Assembly (NCBI GenBank): GCA_963796965.1 | Contig: CAWCNS010000006.1 | Location: 1 to 64,000, forward strand | Direction of reading: 5' to 3' | Source: Calditrichia bacterium | Lineage (GTDB): Bacteria > Calditrichota > Calditrichia > JAJRVZ01 | Length of the DNA: 64,000 bases | In this document: in pieces, positions 1 to 9,815 of the stretch | How positions within the stretch are numbered: position 1 is the first letter of the stretch | Layout: each line of letters begins with the position of its first letter | Program-made: the position numbers and the translations under genes | Notes under the pieces: generated by a model | Seen by the model: the letters and a program-made list of their open reading frames with translations, nothing else | Told to the model about the DNA's origin: nothing | The model's database searches: none

Positions 1-53
1 ATATTGATGTAAAGATTTGAGCAATTTCCTATACACTTAATTTGGAGGCAAAT

Positions 54-1336
54 ATGAAGTATTTAATAAAAATTTTGATCATTATATTTATTTCTATTTT
101 ACCATTGGAAATTATTGCTCAAGGATCTGTAACAAATATTACCTTTTACAGTAATGCACTTGCCATGAATCGCAATGTGCAAATCTATTTGCCAGAAGAC
201 TATAATTCACAAGATTCGACTCGATATCCTGTGCTGTATTTTTTACATGGAGCAAATGGTGACCATACATCTTATTCTGGATCAATCACGATCTTAAATA
301 ATTTGATTGGAGATTCGACAATATCACCCTTAATAGTTGTTAAACCCGATGGAAGTATAGGACCCTGGGCAGGAAGTATGTATACAAATTCTGATTTATA
401 TGGAAATTTTGAAGACTATATTGTGTACGATCTTGTTGAATTTATCGATTCTACTATAAAACTATTTCTGCCAGAGGTAATAGAGTGATCATGGGACACT
501 CGATGGGAGGTTATGGCTCAATGAGGCTGGCATTAATGCATCCTGATATCTATTGTGGAGTTGCAGCACATAGCGGACCATTGGATTTTAATCAGTTAAA
601 TCTTTGGATTAGTCAGATTTTGATAGAGAATGGAGGCGCTCCAGTCCAGGTTTATAATCCGACTGCTGGTGGATTTTCAAACTTATTTTACACAGCCGCT
701 GGCGCCTTTTCACCAAATTTAAATAATACTCCATATCAGGTAGATATCCCCCTTAATAGCATGGGCGTATTTATCGATTCAATCTATAATAGATGGTTAG
801 TACATGATCCAGCGCGGTTGGCTACAAATATTACCCCAAATTCAGAATTGGCAATTTACTTTGACTGTGGAATGCAGGATGAACTTCTTTTTTACCCATT
901 TAATACAAGTTTTGCAGATAGTCTAAATACTTATGGCTTAAATTATATTTTTCAATCATATATAGGAAATCATTCTAATCAACTTGGAAGTAGATTCCCA
1001 ATTTCTTTAAGTTTTCTTGATTCAGTATTGAACACTACTACCAATATTGCAGATGAAAATAATACTTCTTTTCATACTTTTTTACTATCTCAGAATTACC
1101 CAAATCCTTTTAATCCAAACACAACAATTGAGTTCACTTTACAAAAAAAAGAGAATGTAAAGATAGAAATCTTCAATATGCTAGGTCAGAAAGTAGAAAC
1201 ACTTTTAAATAAACAAATGCCATCTGGTTCTCAGACAGTTGAATTTAATGCTCAAAATTTACCGAGTGGTGTTTATTTGTACAGGATTGAAGCAGGTAGA
1301 TTTCAGGAAGTGAAAAAGATGGTACTTCTAAGATAA
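54..1336 (+). CDS. Secreted putative esterase (alpha/beta hydrolase) with C-terminal secretion-sorting (T9SS type A-like) domain; 1-bp frameshift near 455
   Basis: ORFs 42-488 and 485-1336 join into one protein: signal peptide, YPVLYFLHG, GHSMGG nucleophile motif, C-terminal LSQNYPNPFNPNTTIEF...KKMVLLR. GGAGG RBS precedes ATG 54. Confidence 0.85.
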
Positions 1337-1362
1337 ATTTCAATAAATATCCAATATCTCAT

Positions 1363-1395
1363 GAAACCGAGTCCATTTCGACTCGGTTTTTTTAT
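1363..1395 (+). terminator. Rho-independent terminator, copy 1
   Basis: AAACCGAGTC-cattt c-GACTCGGTTT followed by a T7 run, just after the stop at 1336. Confidence 0.85.
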
Positions 1396-1416
1396 TTCCC
1401 AAAAAACTCTCACAGA

Positions 1417-1480
1417 AATTGTAGTAAGGATTGTAGTAAATCCCCTCAGAAAGGGGTGATTCTGAGGGTTTTGTAGTAAC
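1417..1480 (+). repeat. Degenerate island repeat (copy D)
   Basis: TTGTAGTAA at 1419, 1431 and 1471. The second is followed by ATCCCCT as in copy A. Internal inverted repeat CCCTCAGAA/TTCTGAGGG (1443-1468). Confidence 0.6.
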
Positions 1481-1796
1481 ATTAAATTCAATCACAGATT
1501 TTTGTAACACTTCGATTTGTCATTTCGTACATTGGTTCACTCATACGACTCTACTATCCATACTTGAATTTCATACAAACCTCATCCTAAAACGACAAAC
1601 GGTTTATCCTACCAATTTTTAAGTAGTACTATATTTTTAAGAGAATTTTTTAACATCTTTTTTATTATAAGTCATCATGTCATATGGAAAAAATGAGATA
1701 GAGCGATGAAAACTCATCCATTGAACTTAGTGATTATTACTCTTTTGAGAGCATTACAATGTAATAGGTAACTATTTAAAGGGAGGTAATAGAACA

Positions 1797-3138
1797 ATGA
1801 AGACTGAAGAGCAACAAAAGGTTTTATCATATTTAATATACTGTAATGCTGTATTGATAGGTCTCATAATTATTATAGTGGTTGCTCGGAAGAACAGAGC
1901 AATCCCATCATCGCTTCTGATCCGACAGTACCCGAGGTTACAACAGCTGATGTTTCAGAAATTTCATATTTAGAGATAAGGTGTGGAGGCATAATCACAT
2001 CTGATGGAGGATCTCCTATAAATCAGAAGGGAATATGTTGGAGCACAACAAATCCCCGACGATATCTGATTGTGCGATGCCAGCGAGCTCGAAAGTTAAT
2101 AATTTCATTTGTGTTATTTCTGGATTAAATCATAACACTACATATTTCCTTAGAGCCTATGCAACAAATGATATCGGTACCGGGTATGGGGAGACTATCT
2201 CCTTTTCAACGCTTCAGATGATGGTGCCAGTAGTAGTGACCAACGAAGCAAGTGCCATTGCTTATAAAAATGCGATATCAGGCGGTGGGATTTCATCCAA
2301 GGGAGCACCGACGATTTTATCGAAAGGAGTATGTTGGAGCACTGATCAAAACCCAACAGTTTCAGACAATGTGTTAATTAGTGAGGTGGCAAGTGATGGA
2401 TTTACAAGTATGATTGACGGTTTGTCTGATAATACGACTTATAATTTACGGGCCTTTGCCACAAATGCTATTGGTACTGGTTATGGATCTACAATGTCAT
2501 TTACAACTAAAAAATATGAAGGAACTGTAACAGATATAGATGGGAATGTATACAATATAATCAAAATCGGCACGCAGGAATGGATGGAAGAGAATCTAAA
2601 GGTTACCCACTATAGGAATGGAGATGCAATTCCCTACGCATCCTATCTTGATTTAGCTGATAGTTTAATTTCATCAGGAGCATTCTGTAACTATGATAAC
2701 GATGAAAATAATGATTCCATATATGGACGCTTATATAACTGGTTTGCTGTGAATGATACGCGATATATCGCTCCAGCTGGTTGGCATGTGCCGACAGAGG
2801 AAGAATGGGTAATATTGGATAACTATTTGGGAGGTGGGAGTACTGCAACAAAAAAAATATTGCCATTTGGTAATAGTTATTGGGAAGAAGAAAACGATGC
2901 CACTAATGAAAGTGGTTTTAGTACCTTGCCTGCAGGTCTATATAGATGGCAATGCTTTTGGGCCTATTGTCAATGGCAGTATTATGGTTTGGGCCGCACT
3001 GCAAATTTTTGGAGTTCCGATGATCAAGGCAATGCTGCTCCCATTTTTTTCCTTAGTGTACCTCCTAATCTTTCGGCTAATAATTTTGACTCGTCTATAA
3101 AAAGTCGGTGTTTATCCGTTCGTTGTATCAAAGATTAA
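1797..3138 (+). CDS. Lipoprotein with FN3-like repeats and Fibrobacter succinogenes major paralogous (FISUMP) domain; two frameshifts in the 5' part
   Basis: RBS GGAGG and ATG 1797, lipobox-like YSGC, two repeats ending YxLRA(Y/F)ATNxIGTGYG, VTDIDGNVY...IGTQEWMEENL, YGRLYNW, C-terminal LSVRCIKD. Confidence 0.8.
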
Positions 3139-3327
3139 TTGATATTTTTAACGCTTGTAGGTTGTAAATATCCTTATGACATAGAGTACCAATATCCCAA
3201 ACTCAATTTGAATAGTAGTTATGGGAAACAAATATTCGGCATTAGAATAGGGATTTCAATTGGCATCAGCCGGTAGGTTGATCCACCCGTCGACATGATT
3301 TGACTTTGGACATTGGGCATTCAAAAG

Positions 3328-3589
3328 ATGGAGGCTTTGCATGAAGCCTACCCCAACCCTTTCAACCCATCAACTACTATAGAATTCACCCTACCAAAAT
3401 CTGAAGTTTACAACATTAAAAGTTTTCAATATTCTCGGGGAAGAAGTGTCAACTCTTGTATCAAATAAACTTAATCAAGGAAACCATACATTCCAGTTTA
3501 ATGGGAGTGGTTTAGCAAGTGGTATCTACTACTACCAATTAGTCGCGGGTGATTACAGAGACGTTAAGAAAATGATTCTTCTCAAATAA
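3328..3589 (+). pseudogene. Orphan C-terminal secretion-sorting domain with no passenger domain; 1-bp frameshift near 3407
   Basis: Manual translation: MEALHEAYPNPFNPSTTIEFTLPKSE / TTLKVFNILGEEVSTLV...LASGIYYYQLVAGDYRDVKKMILLK*. Absent from the ORF track. Confidence 0.8.
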
Positions 3590-3641
3590 GGAAAATTTTC
3601 CTAAACGTAAATAAATCTCAATCCAAAATTTTACTTAAATA

Positions 3642-3674
3642 GAAACCGGGTCCATTTCGACTCGGTTTTTTTAT
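3642..3674 (+). terminator. Rho-independent terminator, copy 2
   Basis: 32/33 identical to 1363-1395; the single A>G change keeps a G-U pair. Confidence 0.85.
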
Positions 3675-3678
3675 CTTT

Positions 3679-3818
3679 AAAAATCGTAGTAACTTTTCGT
3701 AGTAAATCCATCAATTCTGGTACATCTGAACCTATTCTGGAGACAATTTTCACCATAAAAAAAGGGATTACAATTTCTTGTATCCCTTTATACCGTTTGT
3801 GGCAAAATTTTGTGGCAG
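3679..3818 (+). repeat. Island repeat copy C (att-like)
   Basis: Invariant 30-mer AAAATCGTAGTAACTTTTCGTAGTAAATCC at 3680-3709, 10-bp deletion relative to copies A and B, terminator hairpin, then CGTTTGTGGC and a second TTTGTGGCA 13 bp later. Confidence 0.9.
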
Positions 3819-3900
3819 TCCATAGAGTAGACATATTAGATTTCCCATGTTAAATTTACCAGTGCTACCCGCACATAATGAATAAACAGAGGTAAATAAA

Positions 3901-5156
3901 ATGAAACCACAATCAATTTTTTACAAATCTGTTGTATTCCTATTATTAATTTTCACATTTACTTACAGTCAGCCATCAAATCCATTAGATATTACTATTG
4001 ATCGTGATGGAATCCAACTTAAAGGTAAGTTCTATATTCCAGAAGGAACAGGAGTTTTTCCTACTGTCATTTTACTCCATGGCTTTCCCGGTGGTGAAAT
4101 GGATGTTCTCGGCATTGGTAAGAAACTATCTGAAGTTGGTATAATGCATTGACTTTTAATTATAGCGGTACCCATCAAAGCGAAGGAGAATTAAATTTCG
4201 ATAATTCTCAAAAAGACATTGAAGCCGTATTTGAATTCATTCACCAATCAGAGAATATTCAGAAATATAAAATAGACACAACTCGCATTATCTTGGGTGG
4301 ATATAGTTATGGTGGTGGGATGGCTTTGACCTACGCGGCGAATCATCCAGAAATAAAAGAAGTGTTTTCTATTGCTGGAAATGACCACGGTGCATTTATG
4401 AAAGAGTATAATCGTAATCCAGAAATGCAAAAAGATATAGATCAAATGTTTGATGAATTAAAAACACAGAAAGAAGTTGTAAGATTTGGGCCAGGTGGAA
4501 CTGTAAAAGAAATTGCTGAAATGAAAATTATCGAATCAAATCCAACTTATGATTTAAGATATTGTGTACCACTACTGGTTCAAAAAAGAATTCTACTTAT
4601 TGCTGGATGGGATGATCATAGTGTTTCAATTGAAAATATTGTTTTACCTTTATACCGTGAGTTGAAAAAGGAAAAAGCAGAAAATATTAATATTGTAGGT
4701 TTTCAGGATGACCATTCATTTAAGAATTCCAGGGATGAAATTGCACAAATAGTGATAAACTGGTTAAGAATTGTTCCGAAGCATTCTTATGTAATCGAAG
4801 ACAAAAAGACGATAGTTAGACAATTTTTTAGAGAAGTTGTCGGTCAGGGCAATATAAATGTTGTCAATGCACTGCTCGCCCCTAACTGCAGATACTTCGA
4901 TGCAGGTAGAGTCAAAACAACAAATATTCCAGACTTTATCGATTATTTGAAAAATGCCCGCCTGCCGTTTGACAGTATTGATGTGAAATTCGATAACATC
5001 ATCGCTGAAGGAAATTGGGTTGCGGTTCGTTACACATACCATTCAGTGCTTTCTGGCGAACTCATTGTTATACCGGCAATGGCTGATTTTCTGATAGAAG
5101 ATGGGAAGATTATCGAAATGTGGCGCTATATTCCAGCAAGGAGCAAGAAGAAATAG
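3901..5156 (+). CDS. Secreted alpha/beta hydrolase fused to a C-terminal SnoaL/NTF2-like domain; frameshift near 4143
   Basis: ORFs 3901-4152 and 4149-5156 join: signal peptide, VILLHGFPG, GYSYGG, DDHSF, then KTIVRQFFREVVGQGN...IIAEGNWVAVRY...IEDGKIIEMW. Confidence 0.8.
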
Positions 5157-5263
5157 ACATAGGTCAAAGATTTAAAGAGTCCCGAGTTGAATTGGCACAG
5201 AAAATAATTGAATGGATTAAAGAAAAATCAACTCGATAATTATAAGAAAAGGAGATAAAAATT

Positions 5264-5671
5264 ATGGAATCTTTAACATTTAAGATAAAGATTTCAATTC
5301 TCTGGATATCATTTGCAATATCCACTTCTGCTGCGATGATATTATGGTTTGTAGAACCAGGTATCATTAAGCAAATAATGACAACAGGTGAGATGATTAC
5401 TGAGAAACTTAGTGAAGGAAATTTAATATTTTTTGCACTCTATTGGCTTATTCCCTTAAGTATGGCTTTCCTGACACAGATTCTAAAATACTCTTTAAAT
5501 CGCTGGTTAAATTTCGTCCTGGGTTTAGTCTTTGCAATATTCACTATATATTATTTCATAAGTCATCTTATACAAGGATGGTTTACGGTTGCAAATTTCT
5601 TAATATTGATTTTTTCGTTTGTTATTACAGTCCTAATTGCATGGTATTCATGGAAACTACCAAAAGAGTGA
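5264..5671 (+). CDS. Small 4-TM membrane protein (DUF6326-like)
   Basis: KIKISILW...EPG...IPLSMAFLT..LK..LNRWLN pattern; AAGGAG RBS. Confidence 0.65.
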   Translation: MESLTFKIKISILWISFAISTSAAMILWFVEPGIIKQIMTTGEMITEKLSEGNLIFFALYWLIPLSMAFLTQILKYSLNRWLNFVLGLVFAIFTIYYFISHLIQGWFTVANFLILIFSFVITVLIAWYSWKLPKE

Positions 5672-5689
5672 ATATTAATATTCAGTAAA

Positions 5690-5830
5690 ATACCAAAAAT
5701 CGTAGTAACTTTTCGTAGTAAATCCCCAAAATTCAACCCAATCTGGTCAATCTGAACCCATTCTGAAGTTATTTTTACCCATAAAAAAAGGGATCACAAA
5801 TTATTGTAATCTCTAAATATCGTTTGTGAC
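5690..5830 (+). repeat. Island repeat copy B (att-like)
   Basis: Invariant 30-mer at 5696-5725, collinear with copy A throughout, decayed terminator hairpin, ends CGTTTGTGAC. Confidence 0.9.
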
Positions 5831-5871
5831 ACTATTGATCACCTTTTGTATAGAATGAAATTTACTTTTTA

Positions 5872-7064
5872 TTATAAATAACTTAACCACCATTTTGATT
5901 TATTATTAAGTTTATACTTATTATACATTCTGCAAAATGGATATAATGCTACAACTACAACAATCCAAACCAAATAAACTATATAAAGATCATATCCATA
6001 AGATATAAGTGATTTTGTCATAAATGATTTTGCTGTAAGAACCATATCCGCCCAAGATTCGACCTGAAATGATTATCCCAATTATGCCTAATAGATGAAT
6101 TACATAAATGTGAATAACATAATAGAACAAAGGAACCCGTCCGATTACTATTAATGATTTCGATAGTTTGTTCTTAATATTTTCAGCGAAGTAAAGAAAA
6201 ATTAAAGAAGGGCCGATCGTCATCAAAATGAATAATAAAGATGGTGGATATTTAGTAGTATTTAAAAATGAGAGTAAAGAATAAACAAATGTGTCCTGCA
6301 CTTCCCAGGGACTCATATCTCCATACAAATTTAATGCACGAAGTATAATAAATAATATTATAGAAATACATCCCAAGAATAATAAGTATTTTTTCCTTTT
6401 TTCTGTTTCAAATCCTTTCTTGTATAATACCCCAAAAACATATCCCAAAAACATCAAACCAATCCATGGTAAAACAGGATAAGCCGAAATGTATAAGGCG
6501 AGTATTGCTTAGAAGAATAGAACCTTTCTGATGGACAGCATACCAGAAAAAATTATTCGATACCTACACCTTCTACCATTATTGAATCAAGCAGGTTATG
6601 TCCAAAGACTATAATTATTCCAATTGAAAATATTAGTTGTATCGGTAAATATACTGCTGCTGAAAGGAATACCATACTTATCCCAATCGCCCAAATAACT
6701 TGCAGTAAATGAAAACTTAGTGTTATATCAAATGTCCAACCAAAATTGACAATAGTTAGTTCTAAAAATATTAAAAATACACCACGGCTAAATAAAAACC
6801 ATGCGACATCTTTTGATTTTTTTCTTTTTTACTTCCATAAAGATACGCTGATGTACCAGCCAGAAAAACAAATACTGGTGCACAAAAATGGGTTATCCAA
6901 CGTGTAAAAAATATGGCAGGTGTTGTTGTCGCTAAATCTGTAGGATCGATAAAGAATGAACCATAATGGAAATATTTTCTAACATGATCGAGTGCCATAA
7001 TAACCATAACAACACCCCTGAGAAGGTCAATAGATTCGATCCTGTATTTTGTCGAATTTTCCAT
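5872..7064 (-). CDS. DUF1624 / HGSNAT-like membrane protein; several frameshifts
   Basis: RIESIDLLRGVVMVIMALDHVR, FFTRWITHFCAPVFVFLAG, LNTTKYPPSLLF, GRVPLFYYVIH, C-terminal KWWLSYL* ending at 5872. Confidence 0.8.
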
Positions 7065-7165
7065 GTCCAGTCTCCAATTCATTTATGTGAATGATTGGAT
7101 TGGTTGCACGATAGAATTTCTACAATTTCTGCAATGAGATCAAGAGTCAGGTTATATTAATATGG

Positions 7166-7297
7166 ATACCAAAATCGTAGTAACTTTTCGTAGTAAATCC
7201 CCTAAAATCAACCAAATCTGGTCCATCTGAACCCATTCTGGAGTCAATTTTTACCACAAAAAAAGGGACTACAATTTCTTGCAGTCCCTTTATTCGT

Positions 7298-7304
<7 letters not shown>
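7166..7304 (+). repeat. Island repeat copy A, contiguous with and overlapping the tRNA 3' end
   Basis: Invariant 30-mer at 7171-7200; ends CGTTGGTGGC, of which 7298-7304 is the tRNA 3' GCCACCA on the minus strand. Confidence 0.9.
7258..7291 (-). terminator. tRNA-Phe terminator
   Basis: Plus strand AAAAAAAGGGACTACAA-tttc-TTGCAGTCCCTT, i.e. a hairpin plus T-run on the minus strand just after CCA. Confidence 0.8.
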
Positions 7305-7373
<69 letters not shown>

Positions 7374-7458
7374 ACGTATTTCAGAATGCTAAATTTATGA
7401 AACCAATATTGTCTTGTCAACTCCATAACCAGGATTACCAGGATTATATAGTTTATTC

Positions 7459-8694
7459 TTAATCTTTTAATCCGGATAAGTCGGGCTGCATTCGATCCGT
7501 ATCTTTTAACAACTGATACCAATATACCTGCTCCCCCCTATAAGCCGCTGTACGACCCAATAGGCTGACCAGGTTACTCTCTACACTGGGCTCTAATGTC
7601 TGATTAGCATAAGTACCTGTTGTAATCGAATTATAGAATGTTTTAATATTCATTTCTGCCCCCTCCCGGTAGATCTCGTTTGTGCGGCCACCGCGATAGA
7701 AATTTTCACCGCGGATGATAACAGTTCCGCCATATTCGGTTTCCAATACACCTTTCGATCCGAACATGCGGTTTTTGATCCCACCGGGACTATCCCATCC
7801 TTTAAACTGTCTTGAGGAAAAAGTGATACCCACATTCTGAGGATATTGATAAAGACAGTTAAAATGGTCCCAGCAATCACCCACATCCGGACATACTTTT
7901 CGGCCACCAGTCCCCACAGCATAGACCGGTGGTGAATTCATGATCCAATTAGCTACATCCAGGGTATGGATGTTTTGCTCTGTTATAGCATCACCGGATA
8001 AGGCTCGGACCAGGCCCCAGGCTTTTAGCTGAACTTCCGGATTATCCGACTCTTTATGCATTAGATCATACCACTGTTTCCATGGGCTACCGGCATGATA
8101 GGTAGATTCTCCAAAGGCATACGTTCCAATTCCCCCCTCATGCACCCTTTTAAGCGCTTCCTTAAAAAACGCATTTGCTCGTGTCTGGAAATCAACCAGA
8201 AAACATAAGTTGTTTGCTCTCGCTTTTTCTCCACTTTTTTGGATGCTAAGGCAACCGGGAACATCCACCGCAACCGGTTTTGCCAAATAGACATGTAGAC
8301 CGGCATCAACCCCAGCTGCCGCCTGTTGGGGATGAAAATAGGGTGGACTTACAATAGCAATCGCTTCCACACCGCTCTCGATTAGTCTTTTATAGGCAGA
8401 AAGACCCGTAAAACGATGGGAAGGATCCACATTAAACTTATTACCTGCCGTGTCAACCCGCTCCTGAAAATAATCGGCTAGAGCGGTGAGCTGATACCCG
8501 CCATGTTTTAGAAAAAGATCTGCTATCCAGGTTCCCCGCCCGCCACAGCCAATCAGACCTAATTTTATTTTTGAATTGGTATTGGTGCCCCAAATAAGTG
8601 ATGGTTTGGTTAAAATGAGGGTCGAAAGGGCAGCCGTGCCAATGTTTCTTACAAATTGGCGGCGGTTTTGGGCCGTCTTGTTTTTCTCTATCAT
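7459..8694 (-). CDS. Tat-exported Gfo/Idh/MocA family oxidoreductase
   Basis: N-terminal RRQFV twin-arginine motif; KLGLIGCGGRG; HVYLAKPVAVD; EQNIHTLD. Confidence 0.9.
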   Translation of the reverse strand: MIEKNKTAQNRRQFVRNIGTAALSTLILTKPSLIWGTNTNSKIKLGLIGCGGRGTWIADLFLKHGGYQLTALADYFQERVDTAGNKFNVDPSHRFTGLSAYKRLIESGVEAIAIVSPPYFHPQQAAAGVDAGLHVYLAKPVAVDVPGCLSIQKSGEKARANNLCFLVDFQTRANAFFKEALKRVHEGGIGTYAFGESTYHAGSPWKQWYDLMHKESDNPEVQLKAWGLVRALSGDAITEQNIHTLDVANWIMNSPPVYAVGTGGRKVCPDVGDCWDHFNCLYQYPQNVGITFSSRQFKGWDSPGGIKNRMFGSKGVLETEYGGTVIIRGENFYRGGRTNEIYREGAEMNIKTFYNSITTGTYANQTLEPSVESNLVSLLGRTAAYRGEQVYWYQLLKDTDRMQPDLSGLKD

Positions 8695-8730
8695 ATTTAT
8701 ACCTCTCCAAGATTTAAGATATCCACTATA

Positions 8731-8771
8731 AAATTCTAAATACTAATTTTTAAATCCTAAACAATATCAAA
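8731..8771 (+). repeat. Left heptamer-periodic inverted-repeat arm of the four-helix-bundle gene
   Basis: AAATTCT AAATACT AATTTTT AAATCCT AAACAAT ATCAAA; 8752-8771 is 19/20 complementary to 9263-9282. Confidence 0.75.
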
Positions 8772-8884
8772 GCACCAATACTAAAATTTAAAACAATTGT
8801 GCGGATAAATAACTTAAAAAATAATTTAAATCAAATTATATATGGAACAAATTTTTGGTATGGTATTTGTATATAAAATAAAGC

Positions 8885-9244
8885 ATGATTTCAAAAGTAA
8901 AATATGATTTAGAAGAGCGAACTTTTATTTTTGCACAGGTAGTGACTAAATATATCAAACTTCTTCCAAAGAATCTGATAAATATTGAGATTGGGAAGCA
9001 ATTAATTCGTTCTGCTGGATCAGTAGGGGCGAATTATATCGAGGCCAATGAGGCTCTTAGTAAAAAAGACTTTTTGATGCGTATAAAAATTTGCCGGAAA
9101 GAGGCAAAGGAGAGCCATTATTGGTTAAGATTGAGTCGTGAACTTCCAGGTCATACTAAAATGAAAACAGCATTGATACAAGAATCTTTTGAGCTCACAA
9201 AAATTTTTGGTGCTATCGTTACCAAATCCACATCAAAATTTTGA
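8885..9244 (+). CDS. Four helix bundle protein (23S rRNA IVS protein / Avd-like family)
   Basis: QLIRSAGSVGANYIEA...SKKDFLMRIKICRKEAKESHYWL family signature, 119 aa. Confidence 0.92.
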   Translation: MISKVKYDLEERTFIFAQVVTKYIKLLPKNLINIEIGKQLIRSAGSVGANYIEANEALSKKDFLMRIKICRKEAKESHYWLRLSRELPGHTKMKTALIQESFELTKIFGAIVTKSTSKF

Positions 9245-9262
9245 AAATTAATAACTTTGAAT

Positions 9263-9303
9263 TTTGATATTGTTCAGGATTTAGAGATTTGATATTAGGA
9301 TTT
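9263..9303 (+). repeat. Right heptamer-periodic inverted-repeat arm
   Basis: TTTGATATTGTTCAGGATTT AGAGATT TGATATT AGGATTT; imperfect reverse complement of 8731-8771. Confidence 0.75.
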
Positions 9304-9332
9304 TACTGGTAAGAACCAGGTAACGATTATAA

Positions 9333-9815
9333 CTACACGTCACCCACAACATCACGCACATCATATTTCCGGCCTGTAGGCACATCCTGGCAATACATGG
9401 TGATACCTTTATCTAAAAGCCAGTGTATCTGTTTTACTTCTTCGTCATTCAAATACACGTAAGGCAGATACTTTTTACGATGATCATTAAAATGAAGACC
9501 GCCTAAGTTAATCGACCCTGGTACATACCCTTTATTTACGATATCCATTACCGCTTTCGGATCTTTGACAAGGAGGATTGTTTTATCACGTAAATTATCT
9601 CCCCGTGATAAAAATGAAGCTGTTTCTGCAACCGTATATATCATGGTCTGTAATCCCACGGGAACACAGGTAGAATACAACTCTTTCTCCCATTCGTTTT
9701 CGCTAACCTCATCATCGCAAAGCAGTATTCGCTCACTTTTTAATGGTTTGGCCCAGCCCAGTACTACTTGTCCATGGATCAATCGATCATCGATCCTAAA
9801 TAATTGAACATCCAT
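9333..9815 (-). CDS. PTS mannose/fructose/sorbose-type EIIB
   Basis: RIDDRLIHGQV signature; INLGGLH. Confidence 0.92.
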   Translation of the reverse strand: MDVQLFRIDDRLIHGQVVLGWAKPLKSERILLCDDEVSENEWEKELYSTCVPVGLQTMIYTVAETASFLSRGDNLRDKTILLVKDPKAVMDIVNKGYVPGSINLGGLHFNDHRKKYLPYVYLNDEEVKQIHWLLDKGITMYCQDVPTGRKYDVRDVVGDV

